Of a stretch of 61,637 nucleotides of DNA, positions 45,758-57,528 are shown one piece after another. Each line of letters opens with the position of its first letter. Position 1 is the stretch's first letter. Below the pieces are notes generated by a model. It had not been told where the DNA came from. It was given only the letters and a program-made list of their open reading frames with translations, and searched no databases. The DNA is taken from the NCBI GenBank assembly GCA_001003705.1, contig LCPQ01000006.1, positions 1-61,637 on the forward strand, read 5' to 3'. The translations under genes were made by a program, and so were the position numbers. This DNA comes from Parcubacteria group bacterium GW2011_GWA2_48_9. GTDB taxonomy: Bacteria; Patescibacteriota; Patescibacteriia; UBA10025.

Positions 45758-45779
45758 CAACGCGGGGCTGTCTTCTTTT
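45743..45779 (+). terminator. intrinsic terminator overlapping the zinc-ribbon ORF stop
   Basis: AGCCCCG-13 nt-CGGGGCT, then GTCTTCTTTT. Confidence 0.65.
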
Positions 45780-45884
45780 ATAACGCATACGCCACTACAA
45801 ATATTGACGAGTCAGCTCGGGCATGGTACATCACTTATAGAATTAAAACTGTTCCGAGACGGCCAATACTAAAAGGAGCTCCTC

Positions 45885-46064
45885 ATGCCTACAGTTACCT
45901 GCAGGGAGTGCAAGAAACCCATCAACGTTGCTAAATCCGATATGCCAGTCGGGAACCACAAGAGCATCAGTACGGGAGTGGAGCCTTGCCCGGGTTCCGT
46001 CGACAACGGGTTTTGCACCGACCTAGAAATCGAGCAGGATGATTCGACCTCCTCGGATGATTAG
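45885..46064 (+). CDS. 59-aa Cys-containing acidic-tail mini-protein (below the ORF-track size cutoff)
   Basis: SD AAAAGGAG lies 6 nt upstream of the ATG. The translation is MPTVTCRECKKPINVAKSDMPVGNHKSISTGVEPCPGSVDNGFCTDLEIEQDDSTSSDD, followed by a GC hairpin terminator. Confidence 0.5.
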   Translation: MPTVTCRECKKPINVAKSDMPVGNHKSISTGVEPCPGSVDNGFCTDLEIEQDDSTSSDD

Positions 46065-46082
46065 GCGGGGTCTCTGCACACG

Positions 46083-46120
46083 GGCGGCGCTTCTCTTTCG
46101 AGGAGGCCGCCTTGTCTTTT
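46083..46120. terminator. GC hairpin between convergent genes (possibly bidirectional)
   Basis: GGCGGC-17 nt-GCCGCC, then TTGTCTTTT. Confidence 0.5.
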
Positions 46121-46637
46121 ATCTCACTTTTCCAAAAACGTAAGTATCTTTGAACGCTCCATCTTTCAGGACATTTTTCCTGTGCCGTCCTTCAGTGAGG
46201 AATCCGTTTCTGAGCAAGACTTTCTGTGATGCGAGATTGTTCGTAAGGGTAAAAGCAAAGATTCTGCGAAGACCCAGTCGAGTGAATGCGTAGCGTACGA
46301 TTTCTTTGACCGCCCGTTTCATGACGCCCTGGCGGCGGTGTTCTCTCGCTAGCCAATAGCCAATTTCCGCTTTGTGGCCGTAGATGATTTTATTAATGCC
46401 GATGCCTCCCACGACCTCATTGTCGATCACAATCGCCCATTGAATAAACGAAGGGCGTTTTTTTCTGCGTTCTCGCATTTGCTTTCGTACCCATGAAACT
46501 GCGTGGTGGCGTTTATATGGATAGGGGATGTGCTGTGTGAAGCGCACGTTGCTCGGGTCGTTGATATTTTTTGCGAGTGACGGTACGTCAGACAGCCGAT
46601 GGGGGCGGAGGATAAATTTTTTCATTTTGATAATCAT
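46119..46637 (-). CDS. GNAT N-acetyltransferase (RimJ/RimL-like, Acetyltransf_3 type)
   Basis: FILRPHRLSDVPSL...IGYWLAREHRRQGVMKRAVKEIVRYAF...LGLRRIFAFTLTNNLASQKVLLRNGF. A TATACT -10 box lies about 10 nt upstream of ATG 46637. The alternative start is 46625. Confidence 0.8.
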   Translation of the reverse strand: MIIKMKKFILRPHRLSDVPSLAKNINDPSNVRFTQHIPYPYKRHHAVSWVRKQMRERRKKRPSFIQWAIVIDNEVVGGIGINKIIYGHKAEIGYWLAREHRRQGVMKRAVKEIVRYAFTRLGLRRIFAFTLTNNLASQKVLLRNGFLTEGRHRKNVLKDGAFKDTYVFGKVR

Positions 46638-46760
46638 AGTGAGTGTAAGTATAGCATGAACGAATCGGCGCATTATACATATGACCCACGCGCCGTCAAT
46701 CATCTACGGTGGTATACTGTAAAGGTAACAACACAAACAGAGTACCCACGCGGAGGAACT

Positions 46761-47000
46761 ATGGCGGAACAAATATTTACCCCAACCTATGAGGTTGGCA
46801 CGAAACTCGCAGTTACCCTTCCGGACAACGGGGGCGTCATCGAGCGAGTCGTGCTCAATGTCTTTCAGAATGACAGTGGCGCTGAGGTGATCGGACTTCG
46901 GGACAGCATACACACGCTCGTTCGCGGGCAAAGTGAGACTGTCTGGCAGATTCATCGAAACTGCCGTCCCGTTGGCGAGGGGCAGGTTGCGGTTGTATAG
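46761..47000 (+). CDS. orphan 79-aa protein
   Basis: An extended -10 (TGGTATACT), then SD GGAGG 5 nt upstream of ATG 46761 (MAEQIFTPTYEVG). Terminator at 47021-47049. Confidence 0.5.
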   Translation: MAEQIFTPTYEVGTKLAVTLPDNGGVIERVVLNVFQNDSGAEVIGLRDSIHTLVRGQSETVWQIHRNCRPVGEGQVAVV

Positions 47001-47020
47001 CGAACTTGATTGTTTTTGCG

Positions 47021-47049
47021 GGCGTCTCATGCGGGACGCCTTCTTCTTT
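47021..47049 (+). terminator. intrinsic terminator
   Basis: GGCGTC-tcatgcgg-GACGCC, then TTCTTCTTT. Confidence 0.7.
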
Positions 47050-47102
47050 GTTTGGAAACCCATATCACGTGGACAGATACCTCGCCGACAGAGCCCATTT
47101 TA

Positions 47103-47111
47103 TGGTACAAT
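47103..47111 (+). promoter_or_regulatory. extended -10 promoter of the helicase-nuclease gene
   Basis: TGGTACAAT. Confidence 0.45.
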
Positions 47112-47211
47112 CTTGACGTGAACGTCTTGAGAATTTAAATCTGCAGCCCCGCTGGCGCGGGATTGCTCGAGGGAAGAAAGCCCAGTTGCTGACCTATGCC
47201 GCTGATTGTCT

Positions 47212-50137
47212 ATGAACATTTTTGAGAATTTAAATCCGCAACAAAAAAAAGCCATTACCTACAGTGACGGCCCGTTATTGATAGTTGCCGGTGCGGGAAC
47301 AGGGAAAACCACCGTCATTACCCAGCGTGTTGCATGGTTGATTCGCGAAAAGAAGGCCAATCCTGATGAAATCTTAGCGATTACATTTACTGATAAAGCC
47401 GCAGGTGAGCTGGAAGAACGCATAGACCAGCTGATGCCCTATGGGTATGTGGACTTGTGGATTTCAACGTTTCACGCACTTGGTTGAGTTGTTAGACAAA
47501 GTGGGCCAGTGGCAGTTCATCCGCCAGCACCTTTTCGAATTTGAACTTGACTATTGGCGGCCCCTCGGGAACCCGACGCGATTCATCTACGCGCTCGCGA
47601 CGCATTTTTCCCGGCTCAAGGATGAGAATATCTTCCCGCAAGAGTATCTCGACTATGTCGGAAGGATTTCGAAAGGGAAAACAGGCACTGATGTCGAGGA
47701 AGTCGCGAAAATTTCAGAACTCGCGAACGCGTATCAAACGTACGAGGAATTGAAAACGAAAGAGGGCTATCTTGATTTCGGCGACCTCATCACGATGCCC
47801 ATCAAACTGTTTACCAAGCGCCAGAAGATCCTTGAGAAATACCGTGCAAAGTTCAAATACATCCTTGTCGACGAGTTCCAAGACACGAATTGGGCCCAGT
47901 ATGTGCTGATAAAAATGCTCGCTGCACCGAGGAATAATCTCACCGTCGTTGGCGATGACGACCAGTCGATTTACAAATTTCGCGGCGCCGCAATATCAAA
48001 TATTCTTGAATACAAAAAAGATTTCCCGAATGCGGCTGAGGTCGTCATGACGGAAAACTATCGGTCGAAGCAGAACATCCTTGATCGCGCGTACGACTTT
48101 ATCCAGCTGAACAATCCAAACCGCCTCGAAGCGCGGCTAGTGAAAGCAACCGGGCTCATAGGAAGTGAGCTTGAAAGCAAAGTGATAAAGAAACTTACCA
48201 GCACGAATAAGGGTAAGGGGATTTTCGAGCACATACATGTAAAGAGTCTGGAAGATGAAGTGTTAGGTGTGGTAAAGAAGATGGTGGAATTGAAGAAAAA
48301 GCATACCAAACTCTCATGGAATGACTTCGCAGTTCTCGTCCGAGCTAATGACGCTGCGACGCCTTTTATGAATTCACTGGCGTACCATAACATCCCGTAT
48401 CAGTATGTCGCTTCGCGCGGCCTTTTTTCGAAGCCAGAGGTAATGGACCTCATTTCATACTTAAAACTGTTAGATAATTATCACGAATCCGGCGCGCTCT
48501 TTCGCGTCTTGTCAATGGCGGTCTATGAATTCCGGCTCATGGATATTATGCGGCTCATGGAATTTGCCCGAAGGAAGAACATCTCATTGTTTGAAACACT
48601 CATGAAAGTGCGTTCTATTTCGAATCTGGACCCTCAAACTATCGAGAAAGTTATCAAGTTCATGGAGACGATGAAGAAACATGCCGAAGCTACAAAAACA
48701 CAGAACGTTGCGCAGGTTCTTTATCAATTTATGAACGATTCCGGTCTCATGAAGCAGTATACGAGGAACGTGAACCGTGAAAAGGCGGAGAAAATTCTTA
48801 ATATCCGTGAGTTTTTTTCGTATGTCACAGAATTTGAGCACCGCGAGGACGACGCCTCGGTGAAACGCTTTGTTGAACAGCTTGATTTGGCCATCGAATC
48901 AGGCGAAGAGGGCAGCCTTGCTGGCCTGTCAGAAGAGGGCCCCGAAGCAGTTAAAATAATGACTATTCACGCAGCAAAGGGTCTCGAATTTACCTATGTA
49001 TTCCTTGTCAATCTTGTTGATAAACGTTTTCCGACCATTGAACGAAAAGATCCTATCGAGATTCCCGATGGGCTGATCAAGGAGACTATTCCTGAAGGGG
49101 ATGTCCATTTGGAAGAGGAGCGCCGTTTATTTTATGTCGGTGTCACGCGAGCGAAAGACGGCGTGTTCTTTACTTCCGCTGATGACTACGGTGGTGCAAG
49201 GAAAAAGAAACTGTCTCGTTTTCTGCATGAGATAGGTTTTGGAGAACCGGCAAGAAAAACAACTATTCCCAAACAAGCTTCATTGCTCGACGATCGGTTT
49301 CAAGACCCGCTTGGTGCGAAGCTGAAAAAAGAAGCACCTTCGTTCGAAGAACTCCTTCCGCATAAATTTAGCTTCACCCAGCTTAAAGCTTTTGAAACAT
49401 GCCCGTACCAGTACCGATTCGCACATATTTTAAAAGTGCCCGTGAGAGGTAAAGGGGTGTTCAGCTTCGGCAAGTCGATTCATCAGACTATGAAAGACTT
49501 TTACACGCTTGTGCAAAAACGTTTAAAGCCCGACTTATTTACTCAAGAAAATGCGGAAACGAGACCAGTAGTCTCGCTGAAAGAATTCATGGACCTTTTT
49601 GAGAAAAACTGGATTGACGAGTGGTATGATTCGGCGGCCCATATGGCAGAGCGGAAAACGCAAGGAAAAAAGTTTCTTGAAGAGTTTTATGGAAAACACG
49701 CGAATTCACTTACCTCGCCGAAATTTCTCGAACAACCCTTTAACATTAAGATAGGGGAATATACTTTGAAAGGTGTCATCGACAGGGTTGATGTACTAGA
49801 AAGGAAGAAGGGTGGCGACAGTGTTGAAATAATCGATTACAAAACCGGACGCGTGCCAAAAAGTAAACGTGATGCTGATTTGGAGCAACTGTTGATTTAC
49901 GCTATTGCTTCAAAGGAAGTTTTCGGCGACGAACCAAAGAAAATGACCTACTATTTTCTTGATGATAATCAGGAATTTTCTTTTGAACCGAATGACGCAG
50001 AAATACGTAAAGTCAAAGAGAGAATCCGAGGGACTATCGATATGATCAAGACAAGTGATTTCAAGCCCACACCCTCTGTCCATGTGTGTAAGAATTGCGA
50101 TTTTAAAGATATTTGTGAATACCGCGTACTGTCATGA
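47212..50137 (+). pseudogene. UvrD/PcrA-type SF1 helicase fused to a C-terminal PD-(D/E)XK Cas4/AddB-like 4-Cys nuclease, with the frame broken near 47485
   Basis: The N fragment (47212-47487) carries GAGTGKT, ITFTDKAAGEL and STFHALG, then TGA. The homology resumes in another frame at ELLDKVGQWQFIRQHL... About 17-19 residues expected between motif Ib and this point are missing. The C-terminus has ETCPYQY, GVIDRVD, EIIDYKTG and CKNCDFKDIC. Confidence 0.8.
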
Positions 50138-50430
50138 CCATTCACCATATTAGCGCCCTACTTTCTAAGAGTATTCGACAGGCCGGGATCGAGCCGCAGA
50201 TTCGCGGTGCACGGGTCATCGAGCAATTTCATGAGATAGTACTGGAAATAATGGGTGAGGCTATTGCGAAAAAAGTGAATGCCCAATACATCAAGAACGG
50301 AACGCTTACTGTCGCAGTGTTTAGCTCTGTCGTCGGCCAGGAGCTAAAGCTCCGCGAGCGCGAGATCTTACAAAGGATAAACGGCAGTTCGAAGAACCCG
50401 ACAATCGAGCGTCTGCGCTTCCTGGTGTAA
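50134..50430 (+). CDS. DUF721 (DciA-like) protein
   Basis: 98 aa. AQYIKNGTLTVAVFSSVVGQELKLREREILQRIN matches the DUF721 core pattern. The start overlaps the helicase stop (ATGA). Confidence 0.65.
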   Translation: MTIHHISALLSKSIRQAGIEPQIRGARVIEQFHEIVLEIMGEAIAKKVNAQYIKNGTLTVAVFSSVVGQELKLREREILQRINGSSKNPTIERLRFLV

Positions 50431-50563
50431 AGACGACACGCCTAGCTGGAAACGCGCTGGTACACCCATTTTTATGGGCTTTTTTAATATTCCAGAAATT
50501 TGCGTGAGGGGCTAAAATTTGGTATGATTGACTTACATAGTAGGTTTATTTTTGGCATGTAGT

Positions 50564-50971
50564 ATGGCGCTAAAACACTATCTGATGCTGATGGCCCTGG
50601 GAACAGTTTTTTGTTGGGCTGCATGGGTGCTTGTGATTCGAAATATCAATCCAGACGAGGCTGGTGCCATCGGACTCATATCGTTTTATGCGAGCCTGTT
50701 TCTCGCACTCCTCGGGACGCTTTCACTTCTCGGTTTTTTCGTGCGTGTATGGTTTTCGAAGACTGCCGCTGTATTTCGCTTTCTCGGGGTGTCATTCCGT
50801 CAAGCAGTGTGGTTCGGGCTGCTCATTGTTATTGCCTTGTTGCTACAAGCAAACCGATATCTCACCTGGTGGAATGCGCTTCTACTGATTATTTTCATGA
50901 CGTTGCTTGAATTTCTCCTTTTGAGCAGAAAACAACCCACTCATACGCAACTCCATGATCGAGAAGCTTAA
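50564..50971 (+). CDS. four-TM membrane protein
   Basis: ATG 50564 follows an extended -10 box, TGGTATGAT. Four hydrophobic helices. It overlaps the pheS start by 17 nt. Confidence 0.55.
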   Translation: MALKHYLMLMALGTVFCWAAWVLVIRNINPDEAGAIGLISFYASLFLALLGTLSLLGFFVRVWFSKTAAVFRFLGVSFRQAVWFGLLIVIALLLQANRYLTWWNALLLIIFMTLLEFLLLSRKQPTHTQLHDREA

Positions 50972-51974
50972 GAACATTGTTGACAAAGCCAAGGCTGATA
51001 TCGGGAAAGCGCATACCCGAGAAGAGCTTTTACAAGTTCAACAGCGCTATCTCGGCAGGAAAGGTGAACTTCCAATATTGCTCCACAAACTCTCCAGCCT
51101 TCCTGAGCGAGAACGTCCCGAAGCAGGGCAAAAAGCCAATGAGGCGAAGCAAACACTTCTTCGAGCTATTGAGGAGCAGCATGCACTTGTCGGTGAAAAA
51201 AATGAGAAACCGGCAGAAGAAATCGATGTCACCTGGCCCGGGGACGAGATGCCACGAGGCCACCTCCACCCTATCACACAGTTCCTCCGGCGCGTAAAAG
51301 GCATTTTTTACTCGATGGGTTTCGAAATATTGGACGGGCCCGAAGTTGAACTGCAGAAATATAACTTCGATTTATTAAACATTCCGAAAGATCATCCTGC
51401 CCGCGACGTATGGGATACTTTTTTTGTTCGTGGTTCAAAAGAGGATTTAGTCCTTCGGACGCATACCAGCCCCGTTCAGGTGCGCGCGATGGAAAAGCGG
51501 AAACCGCCAGTACGAATTATCGTGCCTGGGCGCGTGTTTCGCCATGAAGCGACTGACGCATCTCATGAGGCGGAATTTTATCAATGCGAAGGTTTGGTTG
51601 TTGATAAAGGGATTCGTGTCACCGATTTAATCGGCACATTGAAAATGTTTCTACAGGAAACGTTCGAAAAAAAAGTGCGTATCCGCGTACGGCCCGAGTT
51701 TTATCCTTTTGTCGAGCCAGGTATCGATATCGATATGTCCTGCTTGTTGTGCGGCGGCAAAGGATGTCCTGCGTGTAAGCAGTCCGGATGGATGGAAATG
51801 GTAGGCTCGGGCATGGTGCATCCGAAAGTGCTAAAAAATATGGGGGTTGATCCCCAGGTATATTCAGGGTTCGCGTTCGGGCTCGGCATCGACCGGCTAA
51901 TGATGTTATATTACGGAGTCGATGACGTGCGACTGTCATATTCGGGTGATTTGAGATTTTTAGAGCAATTCTAA
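50955..51974 (+). CDS. pheS: phenylalanyl-tRNA synthetase alpha subunit
   Basis: HPARDVWDTFF, RTHTSPVQVR, FRHEATDASHEAEFYQCEG, GFAFGLGIDRL. Confidence 0.96.
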   Translation: MIEKLKNIVDKAKADIGKAHTREELLQVQQRYLGRKGELPILLHKLSSLPERERPEAGQKANEAKQTLLRAIEEQHALVGEKNEKPAEEIDVTWPGDEMPRGHLHPITQFLRRVKGIFYSMGFEILDGPEVELQKYNFDLLNIPKDHPARDVWDTFFVRGSKEDLVLRTHTSPVQVRAMEKRKPPVRIIVPGRVFRHEATDASHEAEFYQCEGLVVDKGIRVTDLIGTLKMFLQETFEKKVRIRVRPEFYPFVEPGIDIDMSCLLCGGKGCPACKQSGWMEMVGSGMVHPKVLKNMGVDPQVYSGFAFGLGIDRLMMLYYGVDDVRLSYSGDLRFLEQF

Positions 51975-51982
51975 ACGTTCTC

Positions 51983-54331
51983 ATGAAACTCTCCCTCAAT
52001 TGGCTCAAAGATTTCATACAGATCAAAGAAACGCCGGAGAAACTGGCCGAACGGTTTACGTTAGCCGGTATTGAAGTGGAAAAGATTGAACATCTCGGAG
52101 AAGGTCTCGATACCATTATCGTCGGGGAGATAAAAACCATCGTGAAGCATCCTGCGGCTGACAAGCTCCAGATTGCCAAGGTACACGTTGGCAAGGGAAA
52201 AATATTGAGTATAGTGTGCGGTGCGCCAAACATTAAGGTCGGACAGAAGGTTCCAACTGCGCTTGTTGGTACGAAGCTACCTAATGGCATGGTCATCGAA
52301 CACCGGCCGATTCGCGGCATTGATTCAGAGGGCATGCTTTGCGCAGAAGACGAGCTAGGGCTCGGTGATGACCACGGTGGTATTGTTATCCTGCCTCATG
52401 ATGCTACGGTGGGTGAAAAGTACACCAAAGCTGCTGCATTACACGATGTCGTATTCGATCTGGCGCTCACTCCTCAGCGAGCCGATTTATTTTCAGTATA
52501 TGGTCTTGCGCGGGAGCTTTCCGCCCTGACCGGTGTGTCGCTTCGTTCTTCCAGCTATAGTAAGCCCCGTGGAGATAGCAAACCGCCAGTTACTGTGCAC
52601 GTTGTTGATCGTTCATTATGTCCACGCTACATTGCGAAAGTAATCACCGACATCAAACACACTCCTACCCCCCAATGGATGAAAAGCCGTTTGAAGGCTA
52701 GCGGCGTGCGACCGATTAATCTCATCGTCGATGTAACTAACTATGTGATGATCGAGACGGGTCAGCCGCTGCATGCATTCGATTTTAATAAGCTGTCCGG
52801 AGGGAAGAAAAACGTTTCAGTCCATATACGCCGCGCAGGAAAAGGGGAGACTCTGATAACACTTGATAATAAGGAGAGACGCTTAGACGGGTCTATGCTT
52901 GTTATCGCTGACTCAAAGCGAGCCGTTGCCATAGCTGGCGTTATGGGAGGAAGGGACACCGAAGTAGACGGTCGCACATCGAATGTCGTTATCGAATCAG
53001 CTATTTTTAACCCAGCGTCAGTTCGGAAAACATCCCAGCGCTTAGGTCTGCGTTCTGAGGCATCAATGAGATTCGAAAAGGGGATCGCCTGGGATTTGCC
53101 AGTACGTGCGTCAGAGCGAGTGGCAGAACTTTTGGTGCAGGTTGGCAATGGTAGAGCTACCAGAATTACTGAATCGGCAGGGAAGCCGCCCAAGCCAATC
53201 ATCACCATTCTTCCCATCAACGATATCGCACGTATTCTCGGTGTACGTATTTCCCCGGCAGAAATGAAAAAATCTCTCGAACGGCTTGGCTGCACGGTAA
53301 CAATGAGTCCCGATACCCTCAAAGTTACACCACCCCTATGGAGATTCGATTTGGAGATCGGAGCTGATGTTATCGAGGAAATCGGTAGGATGCGCGGGTT
53401 TAACTCTTTTCCCGCGACGAAAATTATTGTCGCCGTTGAGCCTGCTCCGATTAATTCCTCGGACACGTGGTCTGAACAGACGCGCGATATACTCGTCGGG
53501 CTTGGTTTTTCCGAAGTGCTCATGTATTCGTTTTATGGCACGAAAGATTTCGAGCCATTCGGATCCCATAGTGTCGACCACTATGAAGTGGCGAACCCAA
53601 TTGATTCTTCGCAGCAGTATCTTCGCACTTCACTATTTCCGAAACTTATCCAGTCAGCGGGGAAGAATTTTCATACCCGCGAGCGTGTCGAACTTTTCGA
53701 AATCGGCAAAGTTTTTCACAAATCGTCAGGTGTGTTGCCACATGAACAGACAATGGTTGCGGCGGCATCTTTGTCAAAAACGCAGCCGTTTTATAGACTC
53801 AAAGGTGCATGTATGAAATGGTTCACGGCCCTAGGCGTGAAACAGCAAGAAGTCGTATTTTCGAAGGTACAGAAAACGTACGCGCGTGCAGCGGCGTCCA
53901 TTGCCATCCGCGGGAAACAGGTAGGAGAGATCGTCCTTCTGAACGATCGCACACTTACTACATGTAAGATTCGCGGTGAGGCCGCCGCCATCGAATTATC
54001 ACTTGATGAGTGTATGAAGTTCTTTTCCCAACGTGGTTCATTTAAAGTTCTGACGCCATTTCCCGCAGTTGAACGGGATCTGTCGTTTATCATACCTCAC
54101 GAGACTTCCTATGCGACTATCGAGTCGCTCATTCGCGGAGCAGATCCATTAATCATAAACGTACGCGGTTTTGACAGGTACCCCGTTGAAGATAAGAAAA
54201 GTATAGCTATACATATTGTCATACAATCTGCAGAGCGGACGCTGACCTCCAGCGAAGTTGATGCAGTGATGCAAAAGGTTGAAAACATACTTACCCATTC
54301 ATTCGATGTTACGATAAGAAAAGCGGGGTAA
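51983..54331 (+). CDS. pheT: phenylalanyl-tRNA synthetase beta subunit
   Basis: N-terminal tRNA-binding OB (VGEIKTIVKHPAADKLQIAKV), B3/4, B5 and C-terminal FDX-ACB-like domains. Confidence 0.95.
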   Translation: MKLSLNWLKDFIQIKETPEKLAERFTLAGIEVEKIEHLGEGLDTIIVGEIKTIVKHPAADKLQIAKVHVGKGKILSIVCGAPNIKVGQKVPTALVGTKLPNGMVIEHRPIRGIDSEGMLCAEDELGLGDDHGGIVILPHDATVGEKYTKAAALHDVVFDLALTPQRADLFSVYGLARELSALTGVSLRSSSYSKPRGDSKPPVTVHVVDRSLCPRYIAKVITDIKHTPTPQWMKSRLKASGVRPINLIVDVTNYVMIETGQPLHAFDFNKLSGGKKNVSVHIRRAGKGETLITLDNKERRLDGSMLVIADSKRAVAIAGVMGGRDTEVDGRTSNVVIESAIFNPASVRKTSQRLGLRSEASMRFEKGIAWDLPVRASERVAELLVQVGNGRATRITESAGKPPKPIITILPINDIARILGVRISPAEMKKSLERLGCTVTMSPDTLKVTPPLWRFDLEIGADVIEEIGRMRGFNSFPATKIIVAVEPAPINSSDTWSEQTRDILVGLGFSEVLMYSFYGTKDFEPFGSHSVDHYEVANPIDSSQQYLRTSLFPKLIQSAGKNFHTRERVELFEIGKVFHKSSGVLPHEQTMVAAASLSKTQPFYRLKGACMKWFTALGVKQQEVVFSKVQKTYARAAASIAIRGKQVGEIVLLNDRTLTTCKIRGEAAAIELSLDECMKFFSQRGSFKVLTPFPAVERDLSFIIPHETSYATIESLIRGADPLIINVRGFDRYPVEDKKSIAIHIVIQSAERTLTSSEVDAVMQKVENILTHSFDVTIRKAG

Positions 54332-55288
54332 ATGGGTATGCTCTTTAACATTATTCTCCTTTGCATTGGCTTGCTACTTCTCTATTGGGGCGGTAGTACG
54401 CTCATACAGAGCGCACGTAGGACGGCTGGACTTCTGGGCGTATCGGCACTCGTTATTAGCCTGACAGTTGTTGCCTTTTCAACATCAGCTCCCGAACTAC
54501 TCGTAAGCGTCATGGCATCTTTTCAGGGTGAATCCGGAATTGCCCTTGGTAACGTCATCGGCAGCAACATAGCCAACGTCGGACTTATCCTCGGACTTGC
54601 GCTCCTCATTTGGCCCATCAAGTCGGATGAGAAAGTTCTGCGCAAAGAATATCCGCTCCTCATTATTGTGAGCGTTCTCCTTCTTCTTTTTTCACTTGAT
54701 ATGCGTTTAGAGCGCTGGGAAGGATACCTTATGTTACTGCTTTTTCTTCTCTATGTGGTATACTATATATGGACGTCAGAGAAATCAATTGGTGAGAAAA
54801 TCAAAGGAGTCTTGCCCAAGGATACCCCTGATTTTCGGAAAAAGGTTATTAACGGTATCGTATTCATCTGCCTGTCTGGGGCGGCGCTTATACTCGGTTC
54901 AAAACTATTAGTGGATAGTTCGGTCGAGATAGCCCGTGCGGTCGGGGTAAGCGAGTTGGTGATCGGTCTTTCTATTGTCGCCATCGGTACGTCGCTCCCT
55001 GAGTTAGCTACGGTCATCACCGCTTCACTGAAACACGACGAGAAAGTCACTCTCGGGACTATCCTCGGCAGTAATATCTTCAATATCCTTCTCATTCTGT
55101 CAATCGCGATCATTATCCGGCCGATCACGATACCCGCATCTTTTCTCAGGTTTGACGTACTAATGATGGTTCTTTTCTCACTTGCTGTATATCCCATACT
55201 GCCTAAGCAAATTCGCACGACCCGTTTTTTCGGAGTGATATTCCTCGTTTGGTATGGAACATATATTGCTGTTAAATTCATAGTTTAG
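54332..55288 (+). CDS. CaCA-family (YrbG-like) Na+/Ca2+ exchanger
   Basis: Duplicated alpha-repeats GNVIGSNIANVGLILG and GTILGSNIFNILLILS. Confidence 0.88.
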   Translation: MGMLFNIILLCIGLLLLYWGGSTLIQSARRTAGLLGVSALVISLTVVAFSTSAPELLVSVMASFQGESGIALGNVIGSNIANVGLILGLALLIWPIKSDEKVLRKEYPLLIIVSVLLLLFSLDMRLERWEGYLMLLLFLLYVVYYIWTSEKSIGEKIKGVLPKDTPDFRKKVINGIVFICLSGAALILGSKLLVDSSVEIARAVGVSELVIGLSIVAIGTSLPELATVITASLKHDEKVTLGTILGSNIFNILLILSIAIIIRPITIPASFLRFDVLMMVLFSLAVYPILPKQIRTTRFFGVIFLVWYGTYIAVKFIV

Positions 55289-57334
<2,046 letters not shown>

Positions 57335-57436
57335 GGGTGGTCATTTGACCCCGTGAGAAAATTTTTATAAAAACTTTTTCTTATATTATAGGTTCAACTA
57401 CACAGTAACCATGCTTAGCAGCGACAGTGATCTGTA

Positions 57437-57481
57437 AATTTTCTAACGGGGTTGACAAGGTAGATGGGGTTGCTTTATTAT
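57437..57481 (+). promoter_or_regulatory. sigma70-like promoter of the secE-nusG-rplK cluster with conserved upstream CTAACGGGG element
   Basis: AATTTTCTAACGGGG, then TTGACA-18 nt-TATTAT. Confidence 0.6.
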
Positions 57482-57528
57482 GTGGATAGAACCCCGCGAG
57501 GGGCTTTTTAGGACCATCAATTTTCATT

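Noticed and set aside
47485-47487. Reading the TGA in the helicase gene (and the TGA at 59077) as a sense codon (genetic code 25/4).
   Set aside because: Read-through in the original frame gives non-homologous sequence (GVVRQSGPVAVHPPAPF...), while the homology continues in a different frame. All other genes terminate sensibly at TGA, TAA or TAG.
51619-52335. Long antisense ORFs opposite well-supported genes. Examples are 51619-52335, 52762-53523, 31973-32680, 31050-31658, 17695-18339, 6826-7428, 3325-3924, 25534-26127, 36120-36689 and 29160-29600.
   Set aside because: Each lies entirely opposite a gene with unmistakable conserved motifs (pheS/T, metG, Clp/M4, ileS, pitA, glyQS, ABC, rpsU). 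Their translations are low-complexity and Ser/Arg/Pro-rich, with no start signals. These are typical shadow ORFs.
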